DNA from: Haplodiscus bocki
Lineage: Eukaryota
Assembly (NCBI GenBank): GCA_965655095.1
Contig: OZ296653.1
Coordinates: forward strand, 5,456,001 to 5,520,000
Reading direction: 5' to 3'
DNA: 64,000 nucleotides
A program made the position numbers and the translations under genes. Below the pieces are notes generated by a model, which had not been told where the DNA came from, did no database searches, and saw only the letters and a program-made list of their open reading frames with translations. Shown piece by piece: positions 37,401 through 48,700 of the stretch; the first letter of the stretch is position 1; the number at the start of each line of letters is the position of its first letter.

Positions 37401-38149
37401 CGCTTTGAGTGGATGATTTTCCTCCTTCTTTATAACTATGGCGAAAATAATAATGTGACTTGGTAGACTGATGAGCAGACATGGGGATGTACGTGGCGCT
37501 CCACGACAGTTTATCTGAGAATAGCTCCAATCTATTGCAAGGAAGCAAAACTGGATCACTCTCGAGCTGAGGAACAAAATTAAGATAATGATGGCGAGGA
37601 AAAGTAGGTGTAGGATGAAAACGTTGCATTAGAGTTTGAAGGCCCAATGGAACCCAAAAGAGGCTTCGGGAGCGAAGCTCCGCGAACTGCTGACTGAACA
37701 ACCCGGAAAAAAGGTAGCGTATTGTCTGATTGTGGTCTGATCTTGATTTTTGTCCTTTCAAAAATGTAATTACAAGTGAACCATCAGAGTCGATTGATTG
37801 AGTGTGTTCAGGAACTTCTGCAATCATTATCTTGTCAAGTGACTCATCCGGACGGTTGCAGCCACACGTTGATATAAGCAACTAACGTACCGAACACAGG
37901 GTAAACATACGGAGAAAATTAACACAATGCAAAATTTTTCGCCAGGGATAAAACCATCTTCTTGGTGCTTAGCAATAAATCCCGATGGGCCCACATTGTT
38001 CCCGCGGAAACCAACAACTCGAACAAGACAGCTGCGTCAAATAGATTCGCCATCCGTTTGATGTTTTTCTTCAATTTTTTCTTCAATCAGTTTTTTCTTC
38101 AATTGCTCGTTTTTGATGCTCCAATTTTTGTAGCAATGCATATCACCCA

Positions 38150-39600
38150 TTAACCATTTAAACTCGATCTGCCATTTGGGTAAGACAGCGAAAACCCTTA
38201 TGTTGCCACTTGTTTAATTAATGGCTCCATTTATTTACTTGCTACCATACTTATGTTCCAGCTTGTATTACTTGGATTTAGAATGTAGATTCTTAGAATT
38301 CAAAGAAAAATAAACGAAAAGAAGCAAATGATACGAAGTATGAATGAAAGCGCAACCAATGTTTCAAGTATGTAACTTTCACAATCAACAAAGAATTTGA
38401 TTTGTAGCAGAAACTATTCATTCGATGTAGTGAATTGTTTCTGACATGTTGAACTAAGGGAAGGCCAACCTCTTCCCATTGATAGAATCGGATGATGAAG
38501 AAGCGGTTGATTTCACTCCAAGATCAACAAAACCCGATCCCATAGAGTGTTGTTCTCCGGGCATTAATGTTTTTTTTGCGATTTCACAGGCGGGAAAGGA
38601 ATCTACAGGTTACCAGTACAGTAAAGACATCAGTGTTTGACGAAAACTTCCAAACCTTGGAAAAACACGTTTTTCTGGATCCGTAAGAACATTCATCGTT
38701 ACGCAAAGGTTCGATCGTTGCGAGAATTACATCAAAACTCTTTTTATATATTAAAATCATGAAATTTTGCAGTTTTTTTTCAAAGTTCGTATTAACTCGG
38801 TCATTTTCTGCCGAAAAATTTGACACCGGGGTGAAAACAACAAAAATTTGTAGATAAACAGCAAAATTCATTTCAATTAGTCGAAACTTCAGTTCAGTTT
38901 TCAAATTGATACAAAAGTTGAATTTTTGGTTCTTAAATGAAATCTCGGCGACAGCAGTTGAAAACTTCAGAGAATTGGAATTTGGAGTAAATTTTGCAAC
39001 AAATTTTCGAAAGCAGAAAACAGATCTCTGCTAATTGAAAATTTGAGTTTTTTTCCAGAAAAAAAACAATGTGAAAATTAAGAAAAAGAAATATCGAACG
39101 CAGAAACACTCTCACATGTGCGAGTTGTGAACCCTACGGCAAAAAACGCACGTCGACCGTACTAACCTGGCGGTTTGCCAGCTTAAGAAACGACGCAAAC
39201 TTTTTTGTTGAGACAAAATGCCTAATATTTAGTAACTCACCTCGATTGCGAAAGATGAGTTGCCGCATACGCGTAATAGGCTCTTTGAATACCAGATGTA
39301 TCTCCAATTTTTCAACTGTCTAATTTACGATAACTTTATAATTGAATGGTATGTGGCCACGATGCAATATTACATCTGATCCAGTATTTGGAAAACCAAG
39401 AGAACTTTTCGACTGAAACAACGGTGGTCAATCATCCAGCGAGATGACTTTGCTGAGTAAAAACATTTTTGGGGGTAATATTTATTGGCCCAAAAATTAA
39501 ATTATTAACAAGAAAACTCCCAAATTCAAAAGACAGACGATCTCAGATAGCAACGAAATGAGATCATCGAAGGGTAATTCGGATAAATATTTGGGAGGCA
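38150..39600 (-). mobile_element. Possible hAT transposase remnant
   Basis: Traces only: frameshifted C..HTIQL-like segment at about 39340-39367 and KWQHKGFRCLTQMADRV at about 38160-38210, resembling the dimerization domain. Confidence 0.3.
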
Positions 39601-42600
39601 TGTTGGATAGATTTCACACTTCCTGAATACAGCCTATGGAATACTAGAATAGTGAGCCTTGGTATTTTACATGTCCATATTTACTTGCAAATCTGTCTAT
39701 CCAACATATCATAAGCTAGAACATTGAAACTGCTGCTACTACATAAGGGCTGTTCGATACCAAGCAACAAAATTTGGGTTATTCCAAAAGTTTGTGCAGA
39801 AACGTAACAATTTCTGTTGCAATCGATGTGTATCTATCCATTTGCGATGCAAAACTTCATCATGGATTCTGCATCGATTTTTTTTTCATTGCACGTTCAT
39901 ATTTTAATTTTCAGCGATGCATCGAACAGCCTTATTGAGAATAAGTATATACGATCATCCATATTTATAATTTAAATCAATAAATCAAGAAAATGCGGGA
40001 TCACTTTGAAGATGATACCTCGCATTTATCTCGAACTGAATTGTCTCAAGAGATTAAAATATGGATAACATCACTGGTGACGTATACACTGGCCGATCGA
40101 TATTTTAGAAGAGCCCGAAAAAATGCTGCAATAAATGCTTCAATTTGACTGCTTCAACGAATATTGCTGAGAATTTTAAATGACGTGACCATTGTATTAC
40201 CTCATAGCGTTCGCGACAAGTTTCGGCCGATAGAAATTTGCCTAATAGAACATTCAGCTAAAACATCGGTCGGCTAAAAATACGTCAACCAATATAACAT
40301 CAAAGGAGTTGCTACCCGCTCAAACAACTGATGTAAAATTTTGATGGCACTTCCTAGAACCTGCCTTTGCACTTGTAAACAGTGTTTTGTTAACAGGTTT
40401 TTTTCAGCGGGCAAAAAACAAAGATTTATAGTCCCGAAAGGCAACAATGAAAATTGGCCCGGTTAAATCGGAACCAATTGCCAATGTGCCAGGAGATAGC
40501 TTCAGTTTGCACATTCATGGAATAGCCATGAGATGTTGGTTAATAATAAAACTTGAATGTCTATGCATTAACATCATCACTTGGCATATCATGCGTCGAC
40601 TCAATTTTAACATCCACGATAGTAATTTGTTTATATATTATTAAACATTTCTTCAATAAACCAAAGTTTTGCCGCAGTCATTCAAAGCCTAGATGCATAA
40701 GGTTAAGGGTTCAGATCCGGGCTCAGGTGGAACCTTTTGTCTGCACACCCCGATTGAGTTCATCGGGATAATACATGAACAAAATACCCAAGACGATTGA
40801 GCGGGGAAGACTATCACAGTGGAAAAAGTTCTGAAAAGGCGAGGGAATCTGTTTCTCTCAGTTTCACTCAATTCTTCAAACTAGAGCGAATTTGGTCATC
40901 AGAATTGAGAAAGCTGTCACTTGGAAATGCACAAATGTGAAATTATGTTTCGTTGCTTATCTTCTCAACATCTTAAAAGTGGTAGACCAAGAACTTTTTT
41001 ACTCTTATCGATTTTTCGATAATAACTTCTGATTTCCCTCGCGGTTTTGAGCCTATAATTCAGCAGCATACAAAACTTTGATAACTAATTCACAACAAGT
41101 ATTTTGGATAATATTTGAAGGTTATGATTTTTATGAACACGACGATTTTAAAATGAAGCGTAGATATAGAAGCAGTTCTACTTTCAAAGGGTTTACATTT
41201 CACGCAAATTTAAAACAGATTTTATGTTGAAGAAGTCAAATATATGGAGGATAGTTTTCTGAATAAGATAATGGAATGGAAAGTGAAGCTAAATTAAACA
41301 CAACTACAACAGGCTTCGAACCAGCGCACAGGAAATAACAAGAGCTACAGCGAGTTCGGCAGGAAAAATTTCGCAGTTTAAAATTCTGTAGAACAACAGA
41401 ATGAAGAGTATTTTGGATTAAGTGGCCTCAAATTAAATTTTGTTGCACCAAATGCAAATCCCGTGTTGTTAAAGAACCACGTTTCATACCCGATGCTTTC
41501 TCATACTTTTATAAAACCTTTCAACGCGAAATTGAGGAAGCAATGAAAATGTAACTGATGAACACCGAAGTAGTGATAAATTCCAGCCAAAATTATCAAA
41601 CAGGATATTAACTCAAAACTGCTCAATGAAAACCGCAGCTCAAAATCGCAAAAAAAATGATGAAACCGCCCGTCGTTTTCATTTTCAACAGCTTTCGCTT
41701 TTCTTTTATGGCGTCGTCGCAAAGTATTTAAAATCGCTCTCGATATCCGAGCACTACGTAGGGACTGTTTACACTTTTCTTGACCTTAGCAGATTGTGAC
41801 GCACCCTAGCTTGATTTCAAAAAATTGTGAGTAAATGCCCATTATTGTATAATGAAAAGATGTTTGTTGCCAACAATATTTCGGAAGGTAAGTTGAAACA
41901 GATGACTACTGTCCAGTTTATCACGACCCTAGTGCTGCGTGAGGCGCAATGTGAATTTTTCCCTTTCCATAAAAATTGATTTTTGAAAGTTGAACAAAAC
42001 TTATTGGGATAAAAGAATAGTGAAAGAGAACTGAAAAAGCGTCACGCGTTACAAGAAAGATGTTCGTTTTCAAGTTTGGCTTAAAAGGTTCACACTTCTT
42101 ACTAATTTGTAAGACTTTCGAAACATTTCACGTGTGGCGAAGAGTAGACCAGACGCAGTTAATCAACCAGAGAGGTACGCTACACAAGGATCGTGGCTGT
42201 CTTTCGTAAGTGTTCCTTCCACGACAGAGTAGCGGCGACAGAGTTACATCGTTTTACAACAGGAGTAATCACAGGATTTCAACCATATGATTCAAAAAAA
42301 TTAATAATTAACCAATTTTCACAATAATCATTGGTTTGAGGCATTTCCGTTAAGTCCGCAAGTTTTTAAACCATTTCAATTTTCATTTCGGGCTCAAGTT
42401 TGATGGAAATATTGGCATTTTACAATTTCAAATACATTTCTGTCACCCACCAAAGCCTTCGCTTCAACTTCTGAACTTCAATTTCTTCTGGAAGTTTCGT
42501 TCGTCTACTAATAACGTTTTTTTTTCAAAATTCGGGCGTACAAATTCAAATGATAAACGATGGTTTTGCAAAGGTTAAAAAATATTGCAAGCCTTGATAT

Positions 42601-42673
42601 GGTTTGACCAGAACGACTTAGAAACCTTCAACTGCTTAGTGGTTTTAAAATGTAACACTGTACAGTGAGTGAA

Positions 42674-42942
42674 TTAGAGAGTGAAGGTATTGTATCCGTA
42701 CACATCCAGCAGACACTTGCGGGCAGCATTCTCACGTGACTCTGACCTGGTCTGTCCAGTTTGCACAATCTCCAACTCATTCACTCTGATTGTCGTCTGC
42801 ATCACAGGCGCACTCGAGTTCCCTTTCGCGTCCCCACTCACTTGAGGTTGCGATCCCCCCTCAACACCTTCAGGTGATTCTTCACTGCTGACTATCTCCT
42901 CTGCGCCAATCATTTCTACTTTGGCTGCAAAAACATCCAACT
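42674..42942 (-). CDS. Putative terminal exon of an unidentified host gene
   Basis: Open GC-richer frame LDVFAAKVEMIGAEEIVSSEESPEG...YNTFTL* with acceptor ttttgcag at 42943-42944 (phase 1). Confidence 0.5.
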
Positions 42943-42999
42943 CTGCAAAACATTTTCACTTTCGAAACTTCCAACTCGAAATCCGAAAAAGATTGGTTA

Positions 43000-45960
43000 G
43001 GAAACAAACGATTAAAGGAATACTGAAGAGGGGAATCTGTGACAGATTTCGCTCTGGGTGAAACTTTTACAATATAACCGAGGCTGTTTTTCTCTTTTGA
43101 TAAGCTGTTGTATTCTACGAGTTTATCTATTATTGCTGTTCTCTTGATCAAGTTGGGGATTATCTTTTCCAAATATCTTCCCTCAATATATTATTTGAAG
43201 TCCATTAATTGACTCATTAGGATGAGATTAAAGACAGATAACATTACGAAATCAATCACTTGCTTGCGAGTGGTCGTCACCTTCTTCCTGCTGATACATC
43301 CGAGCTATTTTTTGATTTTATTTTTGTCGAAAATTTAACCCCTTGTGCTTCATTGTAAATTATATGCTTTCTAAAATTTGTTAGTTTTCCCCAATCAGTG
43401 AGAAATCTATCAAACTTTGTATTGGAAAGGAAAGATCAGGATTATTCAGATCATGCCTATCATCGTTCTCAAGCCTTACTTGAGATTCTTCCAAAGTTCG
43501 TTCTTAGGATCAACAAACTGAATTGTCGTTTCAGCAGAGAACTCCAGACTAAATTGGTTTTGATTTTCGTCGATTAGTAGTAGATTGCCGCCAATAATAT
43601 CTGACTTAGCTAGTTAATCAAGAAGCTGATTATCCCTCTGCTTTTCGATCATGTTCCTGGATACACTGTGTTATCACCCTTGTTAACTTAGTTTTCATCT
43701 TCTGCTATTGCTCCAGTTAAGCTCCTAGAGTTATTCACGGATGCTGCCATTGGTTTTGTTTTCAGGTCGCGATAGCTCTCCCAAAAACCTGTTACAACAT
43801 ATCAGTCACTGGTTCAAATACTTGTTTCATATCCTTAAGGAAGCCTTGTTTGCATGGTTTTTCTTTCAACCGTTTCCAAAGTTATTCTCAAGAATCCTCT
43901 AGTTTTTGTAGTTTCTCAGAATCATCTGGTCATCTGGATTCTTAACAAGGTACAAATTTTCAATTTAGGAAACCATTACATCTGTAGCACAATGGTGAAT
44001 GAGTTTCTGCGTTAAAATGTACGCAATGAAATTCATCCTTTCTATACAGAAATAGATAGTATGTAAATTATGTTTATTAACCTTGTTAAGGATTACTCAA
44101 GGTTGCAAAAAGACTGCAGCTATGTGAGGAACTAACGTTGACAAAAAAGGATGCTATACCGGATTCCATAAACTTTTTATCTGTCACCACTATCAGAATA
44201 AAGAAGAACTTCATAACTGCTCATTATATTAACAGGCATTCACTTTTATGCGTTCCTCCAGGATATTCCTCTGTGAATCCAAGTAGTTTATTTACATCCG
44301 AATTAAATGAAATATCGTTCGATCTCTTGAGAATAGCTTTCATTGTTACTTCATCCGTTTGAACGTTGATAGAGAAGCGATAGCGATTGTTCTCTTGCAT
44401 CCACTGTAGCATAGACGACACTTAGTGAAAAAATGATCCTGACGTTTTTTCTTTTTTATCAAACACGCTACATCTCCTTGGTTCAAACTGTAATTGCTAA
44501 TTGTTTTGTATAGCAAATCCTCTTAAAGCGTATTTTTTCAATTAACCTAGTATTTTGTTACAACTTCCTCACCTGCTGCTAATTGAAGTTTGATGAAAGT
44601 AAGATAACTGAATCCACAATCACTATTTGGCGTGATTTTCATATCCAAGGAATTTTCCATCTGTCCTGTAAACGAACTTTTAATGATCATAAAATTGTTA
44701 ATAACCTTCTTCACTAGAATGAATCCCCCAAAATATTATTTTCAAATACTTCATAAAATAATAGTTTTGCTTTGGGTGCGTTGCTTGCTTCTGTAGTAAT
44801 GGTATTTTTTTCCAAAAGTTTCAAATAGTTCTTCAGCATTCAAATAGTTCTTTTTTTCATATTCTGTTTCAAAAAAAGAATCAATCTCTGCAGTGATATC
44901 AAAAACTTCTAGGCTTTTTACTCCCATCGTACTTTTCTTCAGAAAATTTAGAAGCGAAAGAAAAAATATCTGGGTTCTATTAACTTAGATATTACGGTTT
45001 GTGTATTGAAATTGTATTCTCTACTAACACTTGGTTTGTTTTTGCTATCTCTGAAAGTAATCATTCCCTTCAATTAATTAGAGAAAATTATGTTGATATG
45101 AGTCTTATCTTCAAGCAGAATACGGAACGAAGTTCCTATAGTTTCTTGAATCAAAGTTCCTAGAATCGACTAGCTGGCATTTCCTTCAGAAATCTTTCTC
45201 GGTCATTGCCTGTTCACTAAGGAATGAATAGCTTTGATTCTGCATAAAATTTAATCCTTCAGTTGAAATTCTTCTTGGTAGTAATAGTTGGCTTTTGTAC
45301 TCTTGTTGCAAGTTCGCCAATTAAATAGTCAGATCGGTTAACTGTTCATCAATGGATAACTTTGCACTGACTAGAGCGGCGCTATTCTCACCAGAAATAG
45401 ATCGAGACTTCTAGTTTATTTATTTTCACGTTGAAAATTTTCACTTCTAGCAGTTGTATTTCCTGTTCTAGTTCTGTACCAAGCTCGTGGTGTGCTATTC
45501 TAGCTCAATTTTTACGAGACTTGTTTTTCTTTGATTGCTTGACGTAATCTCGTCGGTAACATTTCTGTGTAACGAAATTTTCACATTTTCATATTCAATT
45601 AGCTAAATGATTCGATAACTTTAAATTTCTCCTCTCTTTTTGAAAGGAATATGCCTCCAACGCAGTCCTTGATTAAGATACAAAATATATAAACAATAAC
45701 TTGCATATAAGCTACCAATAACAGGGTCATTACTTCCCCTGACTCTTGTAGTCAGTGTAAATGCAGCTTTTATAACTATTGTTTATGTGATTAAGCATAT
45801 TTTTCGTTGCAATAAATCCATAAGAATCGAAATAAAACTGATCTATGTATTAAATCCTGTGACCTTCTTCAATGAGACGCGGATCAACAATTCCAAAGGA
45901 TATTGAAAACGTATCGCCTCCCATATAAATCGTGCATTTGTTCCTATTTACCTTATTGCT
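43000..45960 (-). mobile_element. Decayed Polinton/Maverick (adintovirus-like) segment: adenain protease, minor capsid-like and accessory ORFs
   Basis: FYFDSYG (about 45818-45838) and ASYCLYILYL (45675-45704) are adenain-like motifs; NKLLGFTEEYPGGTHKSE (ORF 44224-44421) is penton/minor-capsid-like; multiple stops. Confidence 0.6.
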
Positions 45961-46771
45961 TCCTGTATCTTTCAAATGTCTTGTTCATTTATTCTTTGCT
46001 TTGTGTTTAACATATTTTTATACTTTACACTTACATCTAAAAACTACCATATATGGAATTTTCAGATACCACAGGTAGTCGCCTTACATGGTAGATACTC
46101 TAGTCGTCGTAATAAATCTTTCCACATTTTCGTAAAAATTGACTTGACTCCAACTGATACCTTTGACTACAGGATGGTGGTGTTATCCACGGCTCCATCT
46201 GGTTATTGAACGAACTGATTTCGTGTTCAATATTACCTTGTGTTAATTGTGGTTATATTTTGTGCTGTTGGAATAGTCGGCGACTATGACTGAAAAGAAC
46301 GCAATACTGTGCGCTATAATGGATTTACATACTCCTTTGAACACCCCTCTTAATGTCAAACGAGAATATTATGGACCCCACTAAATATAACCCTACCGCT
46401 TATTATATCAGGCCCATGAGTATTCGTCTCCAACAATATCAGATTTTTGGCATTCTATTGCTGACAAAAAGACAATCGAACATGAGCCAACTCAAAGTTA
46501 AACGCGGCCCTCGGTTATCAACCCAAAATACATGCGAGAATGCTGGTGGAAAACCGAGGACTTCCAATTGATTGCTTTTTTCTCACACCAAAAACCTACT
46601 CAAAATATCAAGAGCTCCCCCCTACGAGTATTTTGAGCCTTGAAGGTATCGCCGACGGTGACCATTCTTGGCTTGTAACTTTTTATTCTTTCTGGTAATA
46701 TGTTCCACGGGGGTAGGATTTTCTTAAAAGTTAAAATACCAACTCACGTACGTTTGAATATGAATTAACAA

Positions 46772-47232
46772 TCACAATTTTTGCTGACCTCCAACTTCAG
46801 TATCAGCAGGGGCAGATTTTTTGGCCTCGTCGTCTTGCAAGTTGATAGTTTGAATGCACTCGGAAGCCTTCTCTATGCCTTGTCGGGTCATGACCTCAAT
46901 GAGAAATGAGACGTATGACGTATGCAATGGAATGAGTTTGTCTCCGGCCAGCAGTCTATTCACAAAGGGAATTGCCAGCGTGGCTCCACTGGCGATGGCT
47001 TCTGTTTTATTGGAACCCTTTCCAACAAATCTGTAAGCACGGTACTTCCCATCATCTGTGATTTTGTGTTTGACTACAATCAGCGCGAAAGTTGCCTTTT
47101 CTGGCTCTGCAGATGCGTCTGCTGCTCCGTTGGCACCTGATGCAGAAATCAAAACTGTCTCACATCTCTTCACGTGCATCGAAAGTTCTTCAGTATTGGC
47201 TTTTCGTATCTCCGTCAATTCATCGTAGGCAC
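46772..47232 (-). CDS. Terminal exon of RNase III/dsRBD-like gene (dsRBD beta-beta-beta-alpha part)
   Basis: ATFALIVV...YRFVGKGSNKTEAIASGATLAIPFV matches the dsRBD F.G.G.sKK.A..AA..AL pattern. Acceptor ttttgacag at 47233-47234 (phase 1); open to TGA at 46772. Confidence 0.6.
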
Positions 47233-47789
47233 CTGTCAAAACGGAAAGACACTACTTTCATCACTGTGGCACAGAAATATGATTCCAAACATTTCCATGC
47301 ATCTAGTATTTACTCGTACGATTCAAAATCAAAATTGATTTCAGGTTGCTTCAACAATTCTTTTCTCACACAAAAAACTGTTCAACGCATCTGTTACGAC
47401 TTTTTAGGATACGCCATTTTACAGGCCAATGACAAAAAATTCTCGCATTCTACAACGAGAAAATGAACAAGTGCCTCCCACAGTCTCAAAACATTGATAT
47501 CTTATGAACCTTTAGAACACTGCTGTTCATTTTCTAAGACAATTGTTTAAAAAATCAGCACTTTCTAGAACGAGAAAAAAAAAACACCAAACAAATGTCT
47601 CAAAAAAAGGCCCTTTTCGACAGCTTTGGTTGTTGTCACGGGTTTTTTTACAACTTGTCCATACTTTGGAGCAGATGCTGTATATGAAACCAGAATAGTA
47701 TCGTCGACCTGCCCGCTCTTTGCTTCTTTATGCTTTCTTGACAAAAGTCTTGTCAGCTTAGTATGATGATTTAGAGATTTTTGACTTAC

Positions 47790-47969
47790 CCGATGAGGCT
47801 TCAACGACTGGCTGCTGTTTGAACATGCGGTCGAATTCGGCCCCAGGGTTTGCAAAGGGCACTACATTCTGGAGAGAGGCCATCCAAGGAATGGAACCAG
47901 CCACCAAGGGCCCAACCCCAAAATCATACTCATCGTCATTCCAGACCGCCCCCAGACGAGAATGGACAC
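47790..47969 (-). CDS. Internal exon of RNase III/dsRBD-like gene
   Basis: 180-nt phase 1-1 exon, acceptor ttaacag and perfect donor GTAAGT; encodes GVHSRLGAVWNDDEYDFG...VVPFANPGAEFDRMF. Confidence 0.6.
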
Positions 47970-48001
47970 CTGTTAAATGCATTCAACATTTAATAAAACA
48001 C

Positions 48002-48011
48002 CATTAGACAT
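48002..48011 (-). CDS. Possible upstream exon end (M-S-N-G) of the RNase III/dsRBD-like gene
   Basis: ATG TCT AAT G|GT followed by a 32-nt GT-AG intron (48001-47970). An in-frame TGA at 48015-48017 lies just upstream, so this is either a start or a disabled exon. Confidence 0.35.
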
Positions 48012-48099
48012 AATTCACAGAGCATTGCATCGGTAGACGTTGGTCACTCCTGACGTCTTGGGATGAAGTAACAAACCAAGAATGGACAAAGTCGGCGCG

Positions 48100-48700
48100 G
48101 CCCATATGGCTCAAAATCCTAATAAGACGGATATGATTTAAATGATTCAAACAAATTGTATTTTGATAAAATTTAGAGAATGTAGCCCATGCGGGCATTC
48201 GAACTGATTTCTGTCGATTCGTTAATTTTTGAGGTGTATAATCTGAAAAAATTCAAAACGAAATAGGTAGAAATTAGGTACTCTTTTGGTATAGTTTCCG
48301 GTAAAAAAATGTAAAAGCTATAGCCTATAACGGGGTTCCAACCCCGATTTGGGGCTTCGAACTCCTTTTCTCTCCTCACTAGACCATACAAAAAGTAAAA
48401 AATCTAGTCCACATCCGGGTTCGAACACGTGACTTGTGGCTTTGGAAAACTTTTGTACTACTAATTGGACATTATGAAAAAGGAAATGCCAAAATGCAAC
48501 CTTCGTTGAAATTTAATCGTTTCAGTATCAGCCTGTTGTCATACGAAAAAAGCAACTTTAATAGTCGGCTCCTTTACTAAGAGTCCGGAAATTGATCAAA
48601 ACATGATTTGAGACTCAAAAAAAACTGACTCAAAAAAACGCTAAATATTAATGACAAAAACTTTTTAGAAATGCGACAAATATAAACGGATTCTGCAAAT
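48100..48700 (-). repeat. Interspersed repeat with tRNA-like B-boxes, copy B
   Basis: Reverse complement of the 15480-15960 motifs (ttttggtatagtttccggta; cagcctgttgtcatacgaaaa; atagtcggc); two B-box-like segments. Confidence 0.6.

Noticed and set aside
37291-37881. 196-aa minus-strand ORF
   Set aside because: Starts at a non-ATG codon, runs into the Helitron-like repeat, and has no recognisable domain
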